Positions 11,882 through 23,958 of a DNA stretch of 64,000 nt are shown piece by piece; within the stretch, counting starts at the first letter, position 1, and the number at the start of each line of letters is the position of its first letter. A program made the translations under genes and the position numbers. The notes below the pieces were generated by a model. The model saw nothing but the letters and a program-made list of their open reading frames with translations, did no database searches and was not told the DNA's origin. This DNA is from Dicyema japonicum. Its lineage: Eukaryota > Animalia > Dicyemida. The stretch covers positions 1,839,826 to 1,903,825 of the forward strand of contig RDEW01000002.1 of assembly GCA_011109175.1 (NCBI GenBank). The letters are read 5' to 3'.

Positions 11882-13857
11882 CTATGACAAAAGAACAAAA
11901 TAGCATTCTAAAAACATGTGAAAAAGTGCAATCTTAAAATAATTTACAATAGAAAGAGAACAAATCAATAAAAATTTTAAAAATCCCCCACGCAATTTAA
12001 TGCACTCCACACATTTTGCCATTCTTTTACAATTATTGGAAGAATCATGATGCTTCTCACAACGATTACTTCTACCACGTTCATTCACTTTATCATACTC
12101 CTTCTTAACATCACTATGCTCCCTCTTCATTCGTTTGTGATCCCTTCTTTCATATTTACTATGAGACTCCTCTTTATTGCTCTTCTCATGTCTTCTATCA
12201 CTACGACGATCCCCCTTATGTCTTTCACTACGATCTTCCACTTCACTGGTACGATGATGACGTCTCCCATGACCCCTGTCCTTGCTTCCACGTGAGGAGC
12301 GCCTCAACTCCTCACTCGAGTCTCGTCTGCGATCTCTCCTCCCACGGCGAGTATCCCTCTCCCTCTGTCCACCATTGCCAGACCCATGAATCGATTTTTC
12401 GTGCCTTCTCCCGTGTTTACGTCGAGAATCCTCACTGGGGGATCTCCTAGACCGCTTATAATCCGCATATTCCTCAGACGAATCCCTTTTACATACTTCA
12501 CTGATATGCTTTAAATCAGGCTTAACATCCTCACACATATGAGGGGACTCAGCCTCTTGTTTAATCACCTCCTTCTTAACACCATCCTCAGACTCTGAGT
12601 CGTTGAATATAAAGTCATCGTTCCTAGGATATATGGGACTCATACTTGTATCTCTCATGTTTCGTATTCAACGTGAACTCTTCTGAAAGGGCCAACAACT
12701 CCTTCTCTCGAGCCTTCAGGTCCATTGATGGGTTCGGCATCTCCAATCCCCCCTTCGTCTCCTTCCAGCTATTCACCAGCTTGCTCACTGACTGAGAAAA
12801 GTCCACGTGGATCCTTCTGTCGTCAATTAGCACATTGTCCATCTTAAAGTATGCCTCCTCACACGACGATACCTCATATCAGCACACAAACTACATTCTC
12901 GAACTCAATGAAGGCGTACTGCAACGACTCACGTGTCCGCCAGTCCCGAATGACTTCACAACTAGACTCCCCCACCAAAATACCTGAGAATCTTCCCAAA
13001 TCTGGAAAACACGATCTCCAGATCCTCATCACTGGTTAGAGGTTCAGCTTACAAATGAAGAGAATGTTCTCCGGTGGTTTTGCGTCGGAGGATGGGAGGT
13101 CCCCTACCATGGTCAGTCTCCGCGTTAATCTTCCCCTCATGCTCCTCCGTTTGTCGTTCAAGCTCTTCGCTGTAAGTTCTGCGGGAGTGTCAATGTCCTC
13201 ATTGTACGAATCCTCCCAGTTTCCACCGAGAGGCCTCATTCTCGACGGGTGAATTTGAGGGTAAACGAGCCCAGGTAAATCATCGAAGGGGTCCTCAGTC
13301 ACCCACGTGTGAAGAATTCTGACATCTCTGTAGGGAACTCCGTCGTCCCCCAGTCATTGTGTCGTTCAAGAGGCTCAGAGTTGGAAAGTCCTCTTCCACC
13401 ACGGATCCGAAAACTGAGTGTCGCCCATCCAAGGAGTCGAGGGAACTGGCCAGGGTTAAACATAAATTGGGATCCGTGATAATTATTTCCGTTGTTTGTC
13501 ATAGAAAGCAGTCCTTGCCTGCTGTGCTTAATTTTTGGGCTCTTGTTCTGCCTCAAAGTACTTTTCCTGCGGGACCGTAGAGAGTTCTACATATGTTATT
13601 TACGAGTACGTGAATATTGACTGTCCCCAGAGCCAGTGCGGTCGGATCTCCAGTTTGAGCCACAAAATTTTCGCTAATTGTTGTAATTACGGGTACTTTT
13701 ATTGAGTGGAAGAGGCAGAAGTTGTAGTACTTCATTTTGCAAAGTTTAAGGAAATTAAGGCAACCTGTTGGATTAATAGACAATACAGCGTGGGCGTTCG
13801 TCAGTGAACAGGACTACTCGTAAATCACCAATGGATGTTGCTTATAGTGACCGACAT
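11882..13857 (-). CDS. PPIL4: Peptidyl-prolyl isomerase-like 4 (cyclophilin + RRM + Arg/Asp-rich tail); multi-exon
   Basis: [73 protein letters not shown] and [19 protein letters not shown], followed by a charged RD/RE tail. Several homopolymer frameshifts; stop position approximate. Confidence 0.93.
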
Positions 13858-14423
13858 GACCAACCACAACAAACAGTATTTAAAATAATTATTTTTTTTA
13901 AGAAAAAGTAATTAACCATTTTGGTATTTTTAGTTTTTTACATTTACCATACATACAGGTGAATTGACCAATTGACCACTGGGGCATAATATACTACTCG
14001 ACTCTACTCGATCAACTTTTCCGGGTTATTCCAAGAAAAGGAAATACGCTGTTCCTTTTTTTCAGAATCGTTCTGTTAAAGTACAGATCAATTGTGATTT
14101 ATGGGTCACCCGTCCAGGACAGCAAATATTCTTGAATGAATTTTCTTTCGTTAGAATCCTATTCGTTTTGAGGATTTATGGAAGGGTCTCAACAATTTGG
14201 TTGTTTGTTTGAAGTTCATCTGCCTCTCGTTGTTCCAGTTAGAAATGATTTATTCCACTAAGATGTCTTACAGATTAAGGCGGTCGAAAGTAGTTGAGAA
14301 GAAGACGCCACTCTTTTGAGAAAACTCTACTATAATTTAAGGATATGTCCCCGTTTTTTTAGGAAATTTTGAAGGAGATTGATCTGTTTTTGTGATCTAT
14401 CATGACGTCTAGTATTCACCAGC

Positions 14424-14750
14424 CGCTAGTTTGACCAATGGTGGGTCGTTTTCCTATCAAAAGTGCATTCTAATGAGAAATATCCACCTTTCCATGTTTC
14501 TCCGATCCTCAATGGTCCGATCAAACGAGCTTTTCTGCATCAAGCCACCCAAAGAGGTCCCCACAGTACATCACAACCTAACATTGATCACAACTCCTAC
14601 AATCATATTAACCAATGACCCTTTTATAATGTTGGAGGTACCATAGGAAAGCCCATATAATACCTTTGTCCTCAGATTCAAGGAACAAGTCGGATTGAAA
14701 ACAGTCCCGCACAGGTTGGCTCAGGTTTATGAGCAGACTGGGAATAATCG
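14424..14750 (-). pseudogene. Inverted partial duplicate of TIMELESS exons and introns (source about 24238-24569)
   Basis: The reverse complement aligns closely with the TIMELESS gene (ATTATTCCCAGTCTGCTCATAAACCTGA..CAACCTGTGCGGGACTG...GAGGATCGGAGAAACATGGAAAGGTGGATA). It keeps the 23-nt intron but carries a TGG>TGA change and indels. Confidence 0.85.
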
Positions 14751-14927
14751 AGCTTTTCGAAGGCTAAAACAGAAAATTCAGCAAAGAAATCCTAAATTCT
14801 CAACATTTTCACTAAAATGTGTCAGTTTCAATTAGAGAATCAAGATTATGTCACAAATAGCACATAATCAATGTAAAACGATAATAAATCATAATTAAAG
14901 GCAAATATCGGACACAAGACATTAATA

Positions 14928-15587
14928 ATGAGTAGTAGAGTAATTTATTATTTTATTGAAGCAGAAGACTGCGGCGAGCAAGAGCGATAAAAGTAAGCGT
15001 ACAACGGTCCCCAGAATATTCTGTCAATCCTCTCGCAGCCACAAATCCAGGAATTTAAAGAAGTGACCTTTTTCTTCATCTCAGGCTTTCGCTATAATTG
15101 ACCACAATAATGACGGGACCATCGACATCTCTGATTTGAAACGAACCTATGAATCATTAGGTGGTCCTCAGTTTCTATTAAGGCTTTACTCCTGATGAAA
15201 TTCGATTGAAGGAGATGCTGAACGAGGCAAAAAGTCCAATCAATCTCCCAGTCTTTCTAAGCCTATTTGGGGACAAAATGGCTTGGTATTTGCTTTAACT
15301 AAGAAATGAGGTGCTGATTCCGATCAGTCAGTCATCAAATCCTTCAGAATGTTCGACAAGGATGGATCTGGGCACATTCACGAGGAATAGTAATTTTGTA
15401 ATAATTTTAGTTTAAAAGACATCCTCACAAAATATGGGGGATAATTTGTCCGATAAGGAGGTTTTCAAATATAAGTATGAGTAGTTGAAGGAGATGTGGA
15501 AGGACGTCCGCTTGAATGATGATAACCAATTTGACTATGTGGCCTACACAAAACTATATCAAAAAGGGGGAGGACGAAAATAACTGA
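14928..15587 (+). CDS. Myosin II regulatory light chain (EF-hand); about 8 exons
   Basis: NILSILSQPQIQEFKE/AFAIIDHNNDGTIDISDLKRTYESLG, PINLPVFLSLFGDKM, FRMFDKDGSGHI and FDYVAYT. Introns are 21-25 nt. Several +1 homopolymer shifts. Confidence 0.92.
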
Positions 15588-16411
15588 TTAAATGGGCTAA
15601 TATTCACTAACTATTAAATTATAAACATTTACGAAGAATTGAGTTCAAGAGCCAATCCTTTACTCCCTCCCATACAAGGGCGTGCCTAGAGGGGGCCTTG
15701 GGGCAACCACCAGGAGCAGCAGATACAAGCCATATAGTTCACGCTATTAAGCTATACACTCTCTATGTTTTTTGATCAGACAAGATCGACTGCTAGCGAT
15801 CAGCTGTCTAAGACAGTGGTGAAGACTTCGACTACTCGATTGGTAGTTGTGAACGTTCTTTTTCAAAGTTAAACAGATACAAACATATTTGAGGGCTTCG
15901 ATGTCAAATCAGCATTGATTTATTTAGTCCCGATTTTTTTAAGATAATTATAAGGGCATCATTATCATACACTCGCCCCGGGCAGCAGAAAGCTTTGGTA
16001 CGTCCCTGGTCTCATGTCTACCAGACGTCCACAACGTAGTGTGGCGAAATCAAGGCCTCTCAAATCTCAGCATAACTCTCCGACCAGAAAAATCCCTACT
16101 CCCAGGATAACAAAATTGAGAGAGGAAAGATACAGAATCAATAAACTCAGATTATCTAGCATCACTTACAGCACTAACACCTACTATCCATAATCAAACG
16201 AATCAATAAGACTGCAAAGCTGAATGGTTACAGATCCACATGCTAGCATATCGATTCAGTGACAAATTAATCTAACGATTTGGTTTGCCAAAATGAGTTA
16301 ATGGGTTGACCTCACTAACATCTAGGAGGCTAGCTCTCGTCGAGCGTCCAGTTGAGAGTGATAGCATCGCTACAAGTAACTAGTCCCACAAAAAATAAGC
16401 AATCGCATAAT

Positions 16412-19400
16412 TATTATTTATTTAAGCACTTCACAAGAGCCATACTAATTATAGCCCCGCATGTGCAGCAAAAGAAACAAGGTTAGATGTCATCCTTTTC
16501 CATGCTCCCCTGTTCCTAGCCAAGGCTCTCATGCTGTCCAGGTCGTCGGCATTTGTTAGGTTTTTTTTATACTGACCAGGTCTTTTTGTAAGACTATTGG
16601 CAGTGTTGTTCTTGGTCTTCCCGATAGCGGCCTTCTTCACTAACATAGTATGTTTCCATAGATATGTTCGGTGGGGAAGTTAATTCCATCCTCAGCACGT
16701 GTCCGAAGAGCCTCCATCGGGATTCCAGTACTTCTAAGCTGATAGGTCTAGTGCTGCATCTCTTATATAAAGCATTCCTAGATATTCTCGTAGGCCAAGT
16801 AGTTCCTGTTATTTTTCTCAGTTGACCTCTGTGGAACGAGTCTAGTTTTTTCATATCCGCTGATGAGGTCGCCCAAGTTCCAGCGTTATATAAAAGTACG
16901 GGTTTTATGAATGAGTCGTATAGTAGGATTCTCATTTTTGTGTCGATGCCTTTTTGATTGAGCCATAAATTCTTCAGTTTATATAACGCAGCATTGGCTA
17001 GAGTTTTCCTACGTAAAATATCTTCGCTATCTCCCATAAGTGAACCGAGTTTCTTTACTTGTCGCCACTTCTCTTCTAGGACGTTACTCATCCTTCTTAT
17101 CTCTGTGAGTTCTGTTTTTCTCTGTTCACAGTAAGAAACCATTTCCCTAGTACATCTGGTGCTTTTTCTAATAGGTTTTCCAGGACCTCTTTGTCTTCAG
17201 AAATTAGGTCTACATCGTCCGCGTAGATTACTTCTTCCGTCTTTCCTTGGTATGACGGTCTAAGTTCCCTCATAGCGGCTTCCAAATAAATTGTGAATAG
17301 TAGAGGAGAAAGAGAGTCTCCTTGTGGAGTGCCCGTATTTGTTTCAAATTTTCTTGAATAGGTTTTTCCGACTCTCACAAGGAGCTCAGTGTTAGAAAGT
17401 AGAATTCGGATCATCCTTAGACTCGATTCATCAAGAAATCCGCCCAGTACCCCCATTAATTTGTTCCTGTTAACCGTATCAAAAGCTCTTGATAGGTCAA
17501 TTCCCAAAATATTGGTGGCGTTACGGTATCTTTGATATGTTGCACACCTCCATCTGTGACTCCAGACCGCATCAGCTGTGGATCTCCCTTCTCGAAAACC
17601 ACTTTGACTATCTGGTAGGTATTTGTAAGCAGGTCCTTTTATTCGTTCAAGCACAATGTTTGCCAAGACTTTGCGTAATGAATTTAGTAGTATGATGGGT
17701 CGCAAATTTTCGAGCGGTCCTCTGTTTTTGTTAGTTTTTTGTATGGGGATTAGTAGTCCCGTACCCAGAGGTAGAGTTGAGTTAGTTGAAAACATTTCAT
17801 TTAGTAGTGTAGCGATTTTTTCAAAAAGGAGGTCAGGGCCGTATTTCAGTAGTTCTGGGTTTATCGCATCTGGTCCGGGGCTTCTGTTATTCTTGAGTTT
17901 TCGGCAGGCCGTTTTGATTTCCTCGGCCGTGATTGGTATCTTAAGGGGTCTTGGCCTTCCATCAAATGGGTGGATTTCTATGGTTTTGATGTTGAAAAGC
18001 TTCTCAAAGTGAGCCGCGATGGCTTCAGTTTGTTCTTTGGTGTTCAGTATCAGCTTACCGTTCTCGTCTTTTATGGTTAGTCGACTTCGGTTTGTTCGCC
18101 GCAGCAAACGGGCAGCGACGTACACCTGTGCGTTGTCTTTCACTTTGTTTACTTCTTCTATACAGGAGGCTATTTCTTCTATGAAAAGCTTCTTGTTCAG
18201 ACCCTTTATTTTTCTTCTGACACGTTGTCTTTCGCCTTGAAGGGCTTTTATCGCATTAGTGTCAGTGGCATTTGATTTTCTCATATTTATTTCTTTTAGA
18301 CTTTTCGCAAGCTCAGGAACATCTGGATGAATAGCCTTCAGGTGCATTTTACTATTCTCCCTTTTGCCAAGACATGCTTCAGCAGCTTCGTTGATGGTGT
18401 CCTTTGTGCGTTTCCAGGCGTCTTCTAGCGTGGTATCCACCAATACGTCCTGCAAATTAGTCTGAATGTATTGTTGATATCTCTCAGTATCTCCGGTTGA
18501 GAAATCAGCCTTTCAGTCGCGTAGTCGCCTCTGATTTTTCTCAAATTCGTGATTTTTTGCATTCCTGTATTTAGTGGCATTTTTTTCAGGGTGAAGGTCG
18601 CAATAACCATCTTGTGGTCGCTGACAGTCGTCGACCTTCATATGAACGTGCGTTTACTAGAAGGTGTTTGTCTTTAGCCCGGCATATGACATAATCGATT
18701 TGGTTGTATATTGGGACCAGCTTTCCTTCTGAGTTCCTTCGCTTCCCCATCCACGTAGTTTTGTGGCAGGCAGGATGCGTAAATGCAGTATTGCATAGGA
18801 AAAGGTTGTTTGCCATACAAAAGTGACCAAGTATTGTCCCGGGTAAATTTCTTATTCCACGTCCATGTTCTCCCAAGAAAACATCATCCGGGTTATTCTT
18901 CATCCCGACTTTTGCATTCAAATCACCAGCAATGAGTATTAGTGATGACGACTCATATTCGTTGTACGTCCGTAACAGTGTTGAATAGAAGTCGTCTAGT
19001 TCTGTCGGATCTTTCGCTACTCTCCCGCAGTGTGGCGCATAAACATTTACAATTGTCAGAAAGCTCTTCGAAGGAGGTAAGTCGTTTAGCCGGATTTGTA
19101 TAACACAGATCCTGTCATTCACACTCCATATACGGTGGACTGCACTTGTCAGCTTTGAGTGGATGGCAAATCCAAGTCCATAATGTCTTGAGTCGCTCGG
19201 CTGACATATAATTCGATATTCGCCAAAGTTTTCATCAAGGCTACAAGTGACTTTCGTCTCTTGTAGACACCCAATAGAAACGTCGTATCTCTCCAGGTCA
19301 TCACAGAGAATCTTCCTCGACCAGGTCGTAGATAAGCCTCTAGCATTGAACGTAAGGACTTTTAGACGAGATGCATCCCTTTGTATCCATTGCCTTTTAG

Positions 19401-19454
19401 ACATTTTCCTCAATTGCGATCCAATCAAGAAACGAGGCACGTCACCACCTCACC
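16412..19454 (-). mobile_element. Near-complete RTE-like LINE (APE endonuclease + RT) with 10-bp target-site duplication
   Basis: APE motifs TFNARGL, GLGFAI, NVYAP, GDLNAKVG and QIDYV; RT motifs LRPIILL, QSGFREGRST, GTPQGDSLSP and YADD. TSD ATCGCATAAT at 16402-16411 and 19455-19464. (TAA)n-like 3' tail. ORF broken by only a few single-base shifts. Confidence 0.95.
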
Positions 19455-19593
19455 ATCGCATAATAAACAGGATTAATTTTAAATTTTCTCATTTTTAAAG
19501 TAAAAATTTATAATTAAAATTTACGAATTAATTTTAACAAAATTAAAAACAATTTAAAAATATAAAATTTTGAATAGCAACTGAATTGGGGAA

Positions 19594-20494
19594 ATGATAC
19601 GTAGAAAAATAAAGTTAGAACCATGTGGGCTAGTGACAGTGGTGATGGCTTATTCCATAATGATCTTTTCAGAATATGCCACGTGTGCGATCTGATTCCG
19701 GCAATAATCCAAAATACGTTTGTTTTTTCAATTATTAAGATTCGGCCGAGTGTTGCTCTGTCTTTTATTTTCAGTCTTAATTCTGCTGTCGTTTTTCTTC
19801 CACTTTCTCAGCTTCGTGAGTGACCCCGGTGTGTTGACCAGCTCTATCCTTCCATAGATATCCAGACAAATCTCGATTTTTACGTGATCTTCATAAATTT
19901 ATCACAGACTAAGCATGGCTGGAATTTATGTACCAAGTGCAACCTCTACCGGCCTCCACGTGCTCACCACTGCTCGGTTTGCAATGTCTGCATTTACGGA
20001 ATGGATCATCACTGTCCGTGGTAACATCTCCGAGTCATAGCAGGATAAACAACTGTTGGGGCCTCAACAAGAAAATTTTATTCAATTCTGTTCTATATCT
20101 GTCTCACTTCCATGATGTCACTGACTATGATCATTGTGCTGTTTGTTCGAGAACCCGCATCCTTCCTGTCAGTGTCGTCTACCCACACGTAACACAGCTT
20201 GAGTCCATTTAGGGGAATAATCTTGGCACTTTTATTGATTTCAGCGGTTTTCTTTATGTTTGTGTTGTTTATTGTCATCGAACAGGTTGTGGGCGGCTGT
20301 AGTTTAGATTGTTTCGATATTCCGGGACAGCACGAGGATTGACCAAGTACAAACAGACCGATCAGATTCCTGTGGGTAGACGGCGGTCAAAACGTTCAGT
20401 GTTTAAGATGGTGATGGGACTGAGAGTGGTCGACTGGTTCTGTTCTAGTAAACAAGGAGCCACTTTGGAGGATTATTTGAATGACTGTTATTGA
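19594..20494 (+). CDS. DHHC-type palmitoyltransferase (ZDHHC3/7/21-like); multi-exon
   Basis: [33 protein letters not shown], then a 23-nt intron, then INNC.GLNK. The N-terminus [20 protein letters not shown] is a transmembrane segment. Stop at 20494. Confidence 0.88.
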
Positions 20495-20639
20495 TTGTGC
20501 AAGAATAAACTGCTTATGTGTCATTAAATCAATTTGTAATCAATAGACTGCATAAGTAGTTGTGAGTGACCTACTTTAGTGGACGACCCCTCTTAACTGT
20601 GTTAAGGTAACCTACATAACATTATTTAGAGTTCTTTAC

Positions 20640-21020
20640 TCCGACAACCCTCCGTTTTTGCAGGGTGACTGGGAACAACCAGATGGAAGAGTATCTTCCC
20701 TTTCGAAGGATAAAAACTTTTGTCTGGGACTTCACCTGCACCGACACGTTTGCAACCTACTTCAGAGTGCCTCTAGAGGCTGTTCTGCTCCTGAGAGGTT
20801 AAAGCAAGCAAAGTACGTGGGTCCCACCCTATGATTTTTTTCAACTCGCCGTTGAGAGACGTCTGGTTCCCTTGCTCCTGCGAAACTGGAATTCTTGAGT
20901 CGTCTAAGGCATTGGATTTCTACACGATCAGGAGATACCCGTGAGCGCTGCTGGTTATTTGAGCGAATCTCGCTTTCCATCTGAGAGAGAATAACCACGC
21001 AGTCAGGGGGACCGTTTATG
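20640..21020 (+). mobile_element. CRE-like RLE non-LTR retrotransposon 3' fragment
   Basis: QPDG...FVWDFTCTDTFA...KQAKY...LAVETSG...LEFLSRL..RSGDTRERCWLFERISLSI. Confidence 0.75.
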
Positions 21021-21307
21021 ATCATTTGCTCACTTTTTTCCGTTATATATGGTTCATTACATAATTGTTGACAGTGAATATGGTTAGTGCTGTCGTTAGC
21101 TGTGTTCGATTCCCACACTGCTACCTACTGGTCTAAGGATTCCGTTCTGTGCCTTTTTCACATCCTAAGAAACGTCAAGTGCCTGGTGGGAATCCAAAAA
21201 GAATCTCTCTCTTCACTACTACATTGGAGTGAAACTTCTTTAAAAAGTGACTGCCACTTTCCTGCAACAAAATCAATATATGTGGTATTTTTTAGATAAA
21301 AAAATAA

Positions 21308-22678
21308 GGTAACCGGTAAATTCATCGCCGGTAAATTCATCGCGAGGTAAATTCATCCCAGTTAAATCAAGGAACCACGTGGGCGGGTTCTAGATAGAAG
21401 AAGTCGAAATTTTGATTTTTTATATTATAGTTAAATTGCGATTTTGGAGATTATTCGGCGATAGGAGTCACGTATCCGTGACGGTAGGACCTATGAAAAT
21501 TGAAGAGAGAGGACCTATTTTTTCACCTCTCTTCAGAAGTGACGTATGCCTGCCATGTATTATCACCGAGGACAATTATGACTGATTTCGAAAAAGCAGC
21601 TATAAATGTATTTAATATTATATTTCCTGATGCTATTACGAAGGGCTGTTTCTTTCATTTGTCCCAATCCATATTCAGATGCATCCAATCACAGGGATTA
21701 CAATTATTATATCAGAGAGATTCAGAATTCGCTTTGAAAATGCGCATGATTGCGGCGCTGGCATTTTGTCCCAACATTACACGTTGTTCATTATTTTGAA
21801 CATTTGTGCGATTACAACAGTTTTCACAGAAGAAGCTCAACCTGTACTGGATTATGTAGAAGATATTTGGATAGGACGTCCCGACCGCCGTCAAGTACGT
21901 CGTTGTCCACGTTTTGCCTATGAATTGTGGAATTGTTTCGAAGCAGCGAGAGTTGCTGAGCCTAAAACAAATAACTCTTGCGAAGGATGGCATCATTCTT
22001 TTAATTCTTTAATTGGAGCGTGTCATCCTACGATTTGGAAGTTTATTGATATTTTGAAGAAAGAACAAGCAAGAAATGAAATTAAAATTGAACAGTATAT
22101 TGCTGGTGGGGAAGGTCCTACACAAAAGAAAAAATACAGAGATAATTGCTTTAAGAATTCAACGCCATTGTAAATGACTTCGATAATCGAGAAATTCTTG
22201 ACTATTTAAAAGGCATTGCCTATAATTTAGCATTTTAGAAATTAAACACAATGTTTTGTTAATAATTGTCATAAACTGGTTTTCTAAAAATTATATTATC
22301 ATAAATATTCATTTAAAGTTTGACCTTTATTATTAATCAATAATCAGTAAGATAATTTTTCTATCACTTTAACCAATACACACACGTGTGGTGCACATCG
22401 TTGATTAAAAATTTAACACTATTTTGAGAATTGAGGTTTTCAAATTTTTTCTATCTTGGGAAACTGGCCACGTGACTCATATCGTCAAATTAATCTCCAA
22501 AATCACATTTTAATAATAATATTAAAAAATCAAAATTTCGAACTCTTCTTTCAAGAACCCACGTGGTCGCTTGAATTAACCGGCGATGATTTTACCGGCG
22601 ATGATTTACCAGCGATGAATTTACCTCGCGATGAAATTACCAGCGATGAATTTACCGGCGATGAATTTACCTAGAACC
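21308..22678 (+). mobile_element. Mutator-like (MULE) DNA transposon, deletion derivative with about 170-220-bp TIRs and 9-bp TSD
   Basis: The TIRs contain tandem 14-bp GGTAAATTCATCGC units (about 3 left, 6 right). TSD AAAAAATAA at 21299-21307 and 22679-22687. Internal PRTIMTDFEKAAINVF..FPDAITKGCFFHLSQSIFR and PKTNNSCEGWHHSFN are MULE transposase motifs. Confidence 0.92.
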
Positions 22679-22719
22679 AAAAAATAAATAGTTAATTTTG
22701 ATAATACTTGTGGATACGC

Positions 22720-23880
22720 CACCCAACTAGATAAAGCTACCACACCTGGCGAAATCTCAAATGCAATGGTCAAATTTAAGAATGGCCGCTCCCCTGGACC
22801 GGATGGAATCAGTTCAGAATTTCTTAAATACGGGCGTAATAACAGACAAACAAGCGGAACTACTCAAGAATACCCCGCTCTCGGATCCGGACTATTTATA
22901 CCAATACAAATACCTAACAAGCATGCTGGGCCCTGTTGATAACCTACGTCCAAAATCCTAAAAAACACCTTACGGAAACTTCTGGCATTAGTTACGTTGA
23001 ACCGAATCAGAAAACAAGTGGACAACTATCTATCCCCTAGTCAAAGTGGATTCAGGACAAGAAGATCCACTGCGGATGTAGTATGGAGCCACAAGCGGCG
23101 CTATCAACCAGAGATTTGAAAGTGCAACAACAGTCCTGGGAATAGACCTCTCTAGGGCCTTTGACACGGTCCGCCGTGGTCTACTTCTCGAGATACTAGA
23201 ACAATTTTTGGACCCTGATTCTGTCAGTATGATCAGGATGCTGCTATCTAACACGAAGCTCAGAGTGTGGGTTGGTAAGACGTTTTCCCGTGAATTTACG
23301 TGCAATGTTGGTACTCCCCATGGAGATTCCCTCTCGCTCCTGCTATTTGTCATATATCTGAGGCGGCATTACGAGATCTTCGGAAGTTCTATGATGGGCA
23401 ACATGGCACCATCGTCGAAATTGGCTATGCTGACGACGTCGACTTGTGCTAAAAGACAAATCCGCTGACCTAAACCGATGGTTCCTTGGAATGAACACCG
23501 CAAAAACCGACATTATGGAAATCAGGAGAATGGAAAACAGATTAAGTGAAACATGGCGAAAAACGTACAAACTTGGCTCTTTACTTGGAGACAGTCAAGA
23601 TATTACCAGAAGGAAGGCCCTCGTTTGGACGACGATGAACAAGTTGAAGAGTGGATTGGCAAACGACGATCCTGCAGATCACTTCGTTTGAGACTGTATG
23701 AAGTCCTTGTCAAGCCGAGAACGTCTAAAACCAAACAACTTGGACTAGACTCTTTCCATCGACGACAACATAGATCTCTACTAGGACTGAACTGGCCAGC
23801 AAGAATAAACAAGGAATTGCTATACAAAAGATGTTGCACGGGTCCACTGAGTCTCGAAATAGTTGATAGTGTCAATTTTC
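22720..23880 (+). mobile_element. RTE-like LINE RT fragment
   Basis: PGPDGISSEFLKYG, QSGFRTRRSTADVVWSH, LGIDLSRAFDTV, GTPHGDSLSLLLF and KTYKLGSLLGDSQDITRRK. Confidence 0.85.
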
Positions 23881-23958
23881 AATAATTTATTAAAATAAAA
23901 TTGGGATATAATTTTATTTAAACCTTGGTACTTTTGATCATAGTGGTGTGAGCCAATC

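Noticed and set aside
11882-12660. Highly repetitive R/D/E/H-rich ORF as a novel repeat protein
   Set aside because: It is the expected low-complexity C-terminal tail of PPIL4.
15675-15725. GC-rich AGGGCGTGCCTAGAGGGGGCC segment resembling a transposon terminus
   Set aside because: No partner end or TSD was found, and it is too short to support a call.
17489-18240. Plus-strand ORFs of 68-118 aa in the ORF track
   Set aside because: They are antisense shadows of the RTE ORF. The same applies to most short track ORFs opposite PCF11, PPIL4 and other genes.
19450-19452. In-frame TGA before the RTE ORF as selenocysteine or readthrough
   Set aside because: No SECIS-like structure was identified, and the frame arises from an insertion junction, so chance is more likely.
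22575-22672. Regular 14-bp repeats resembling a CRISPR array
   Set aside because: There are no unique spacers and no cas genes, the context is eukaryotic, and the repeats belong to the MULE TIR.
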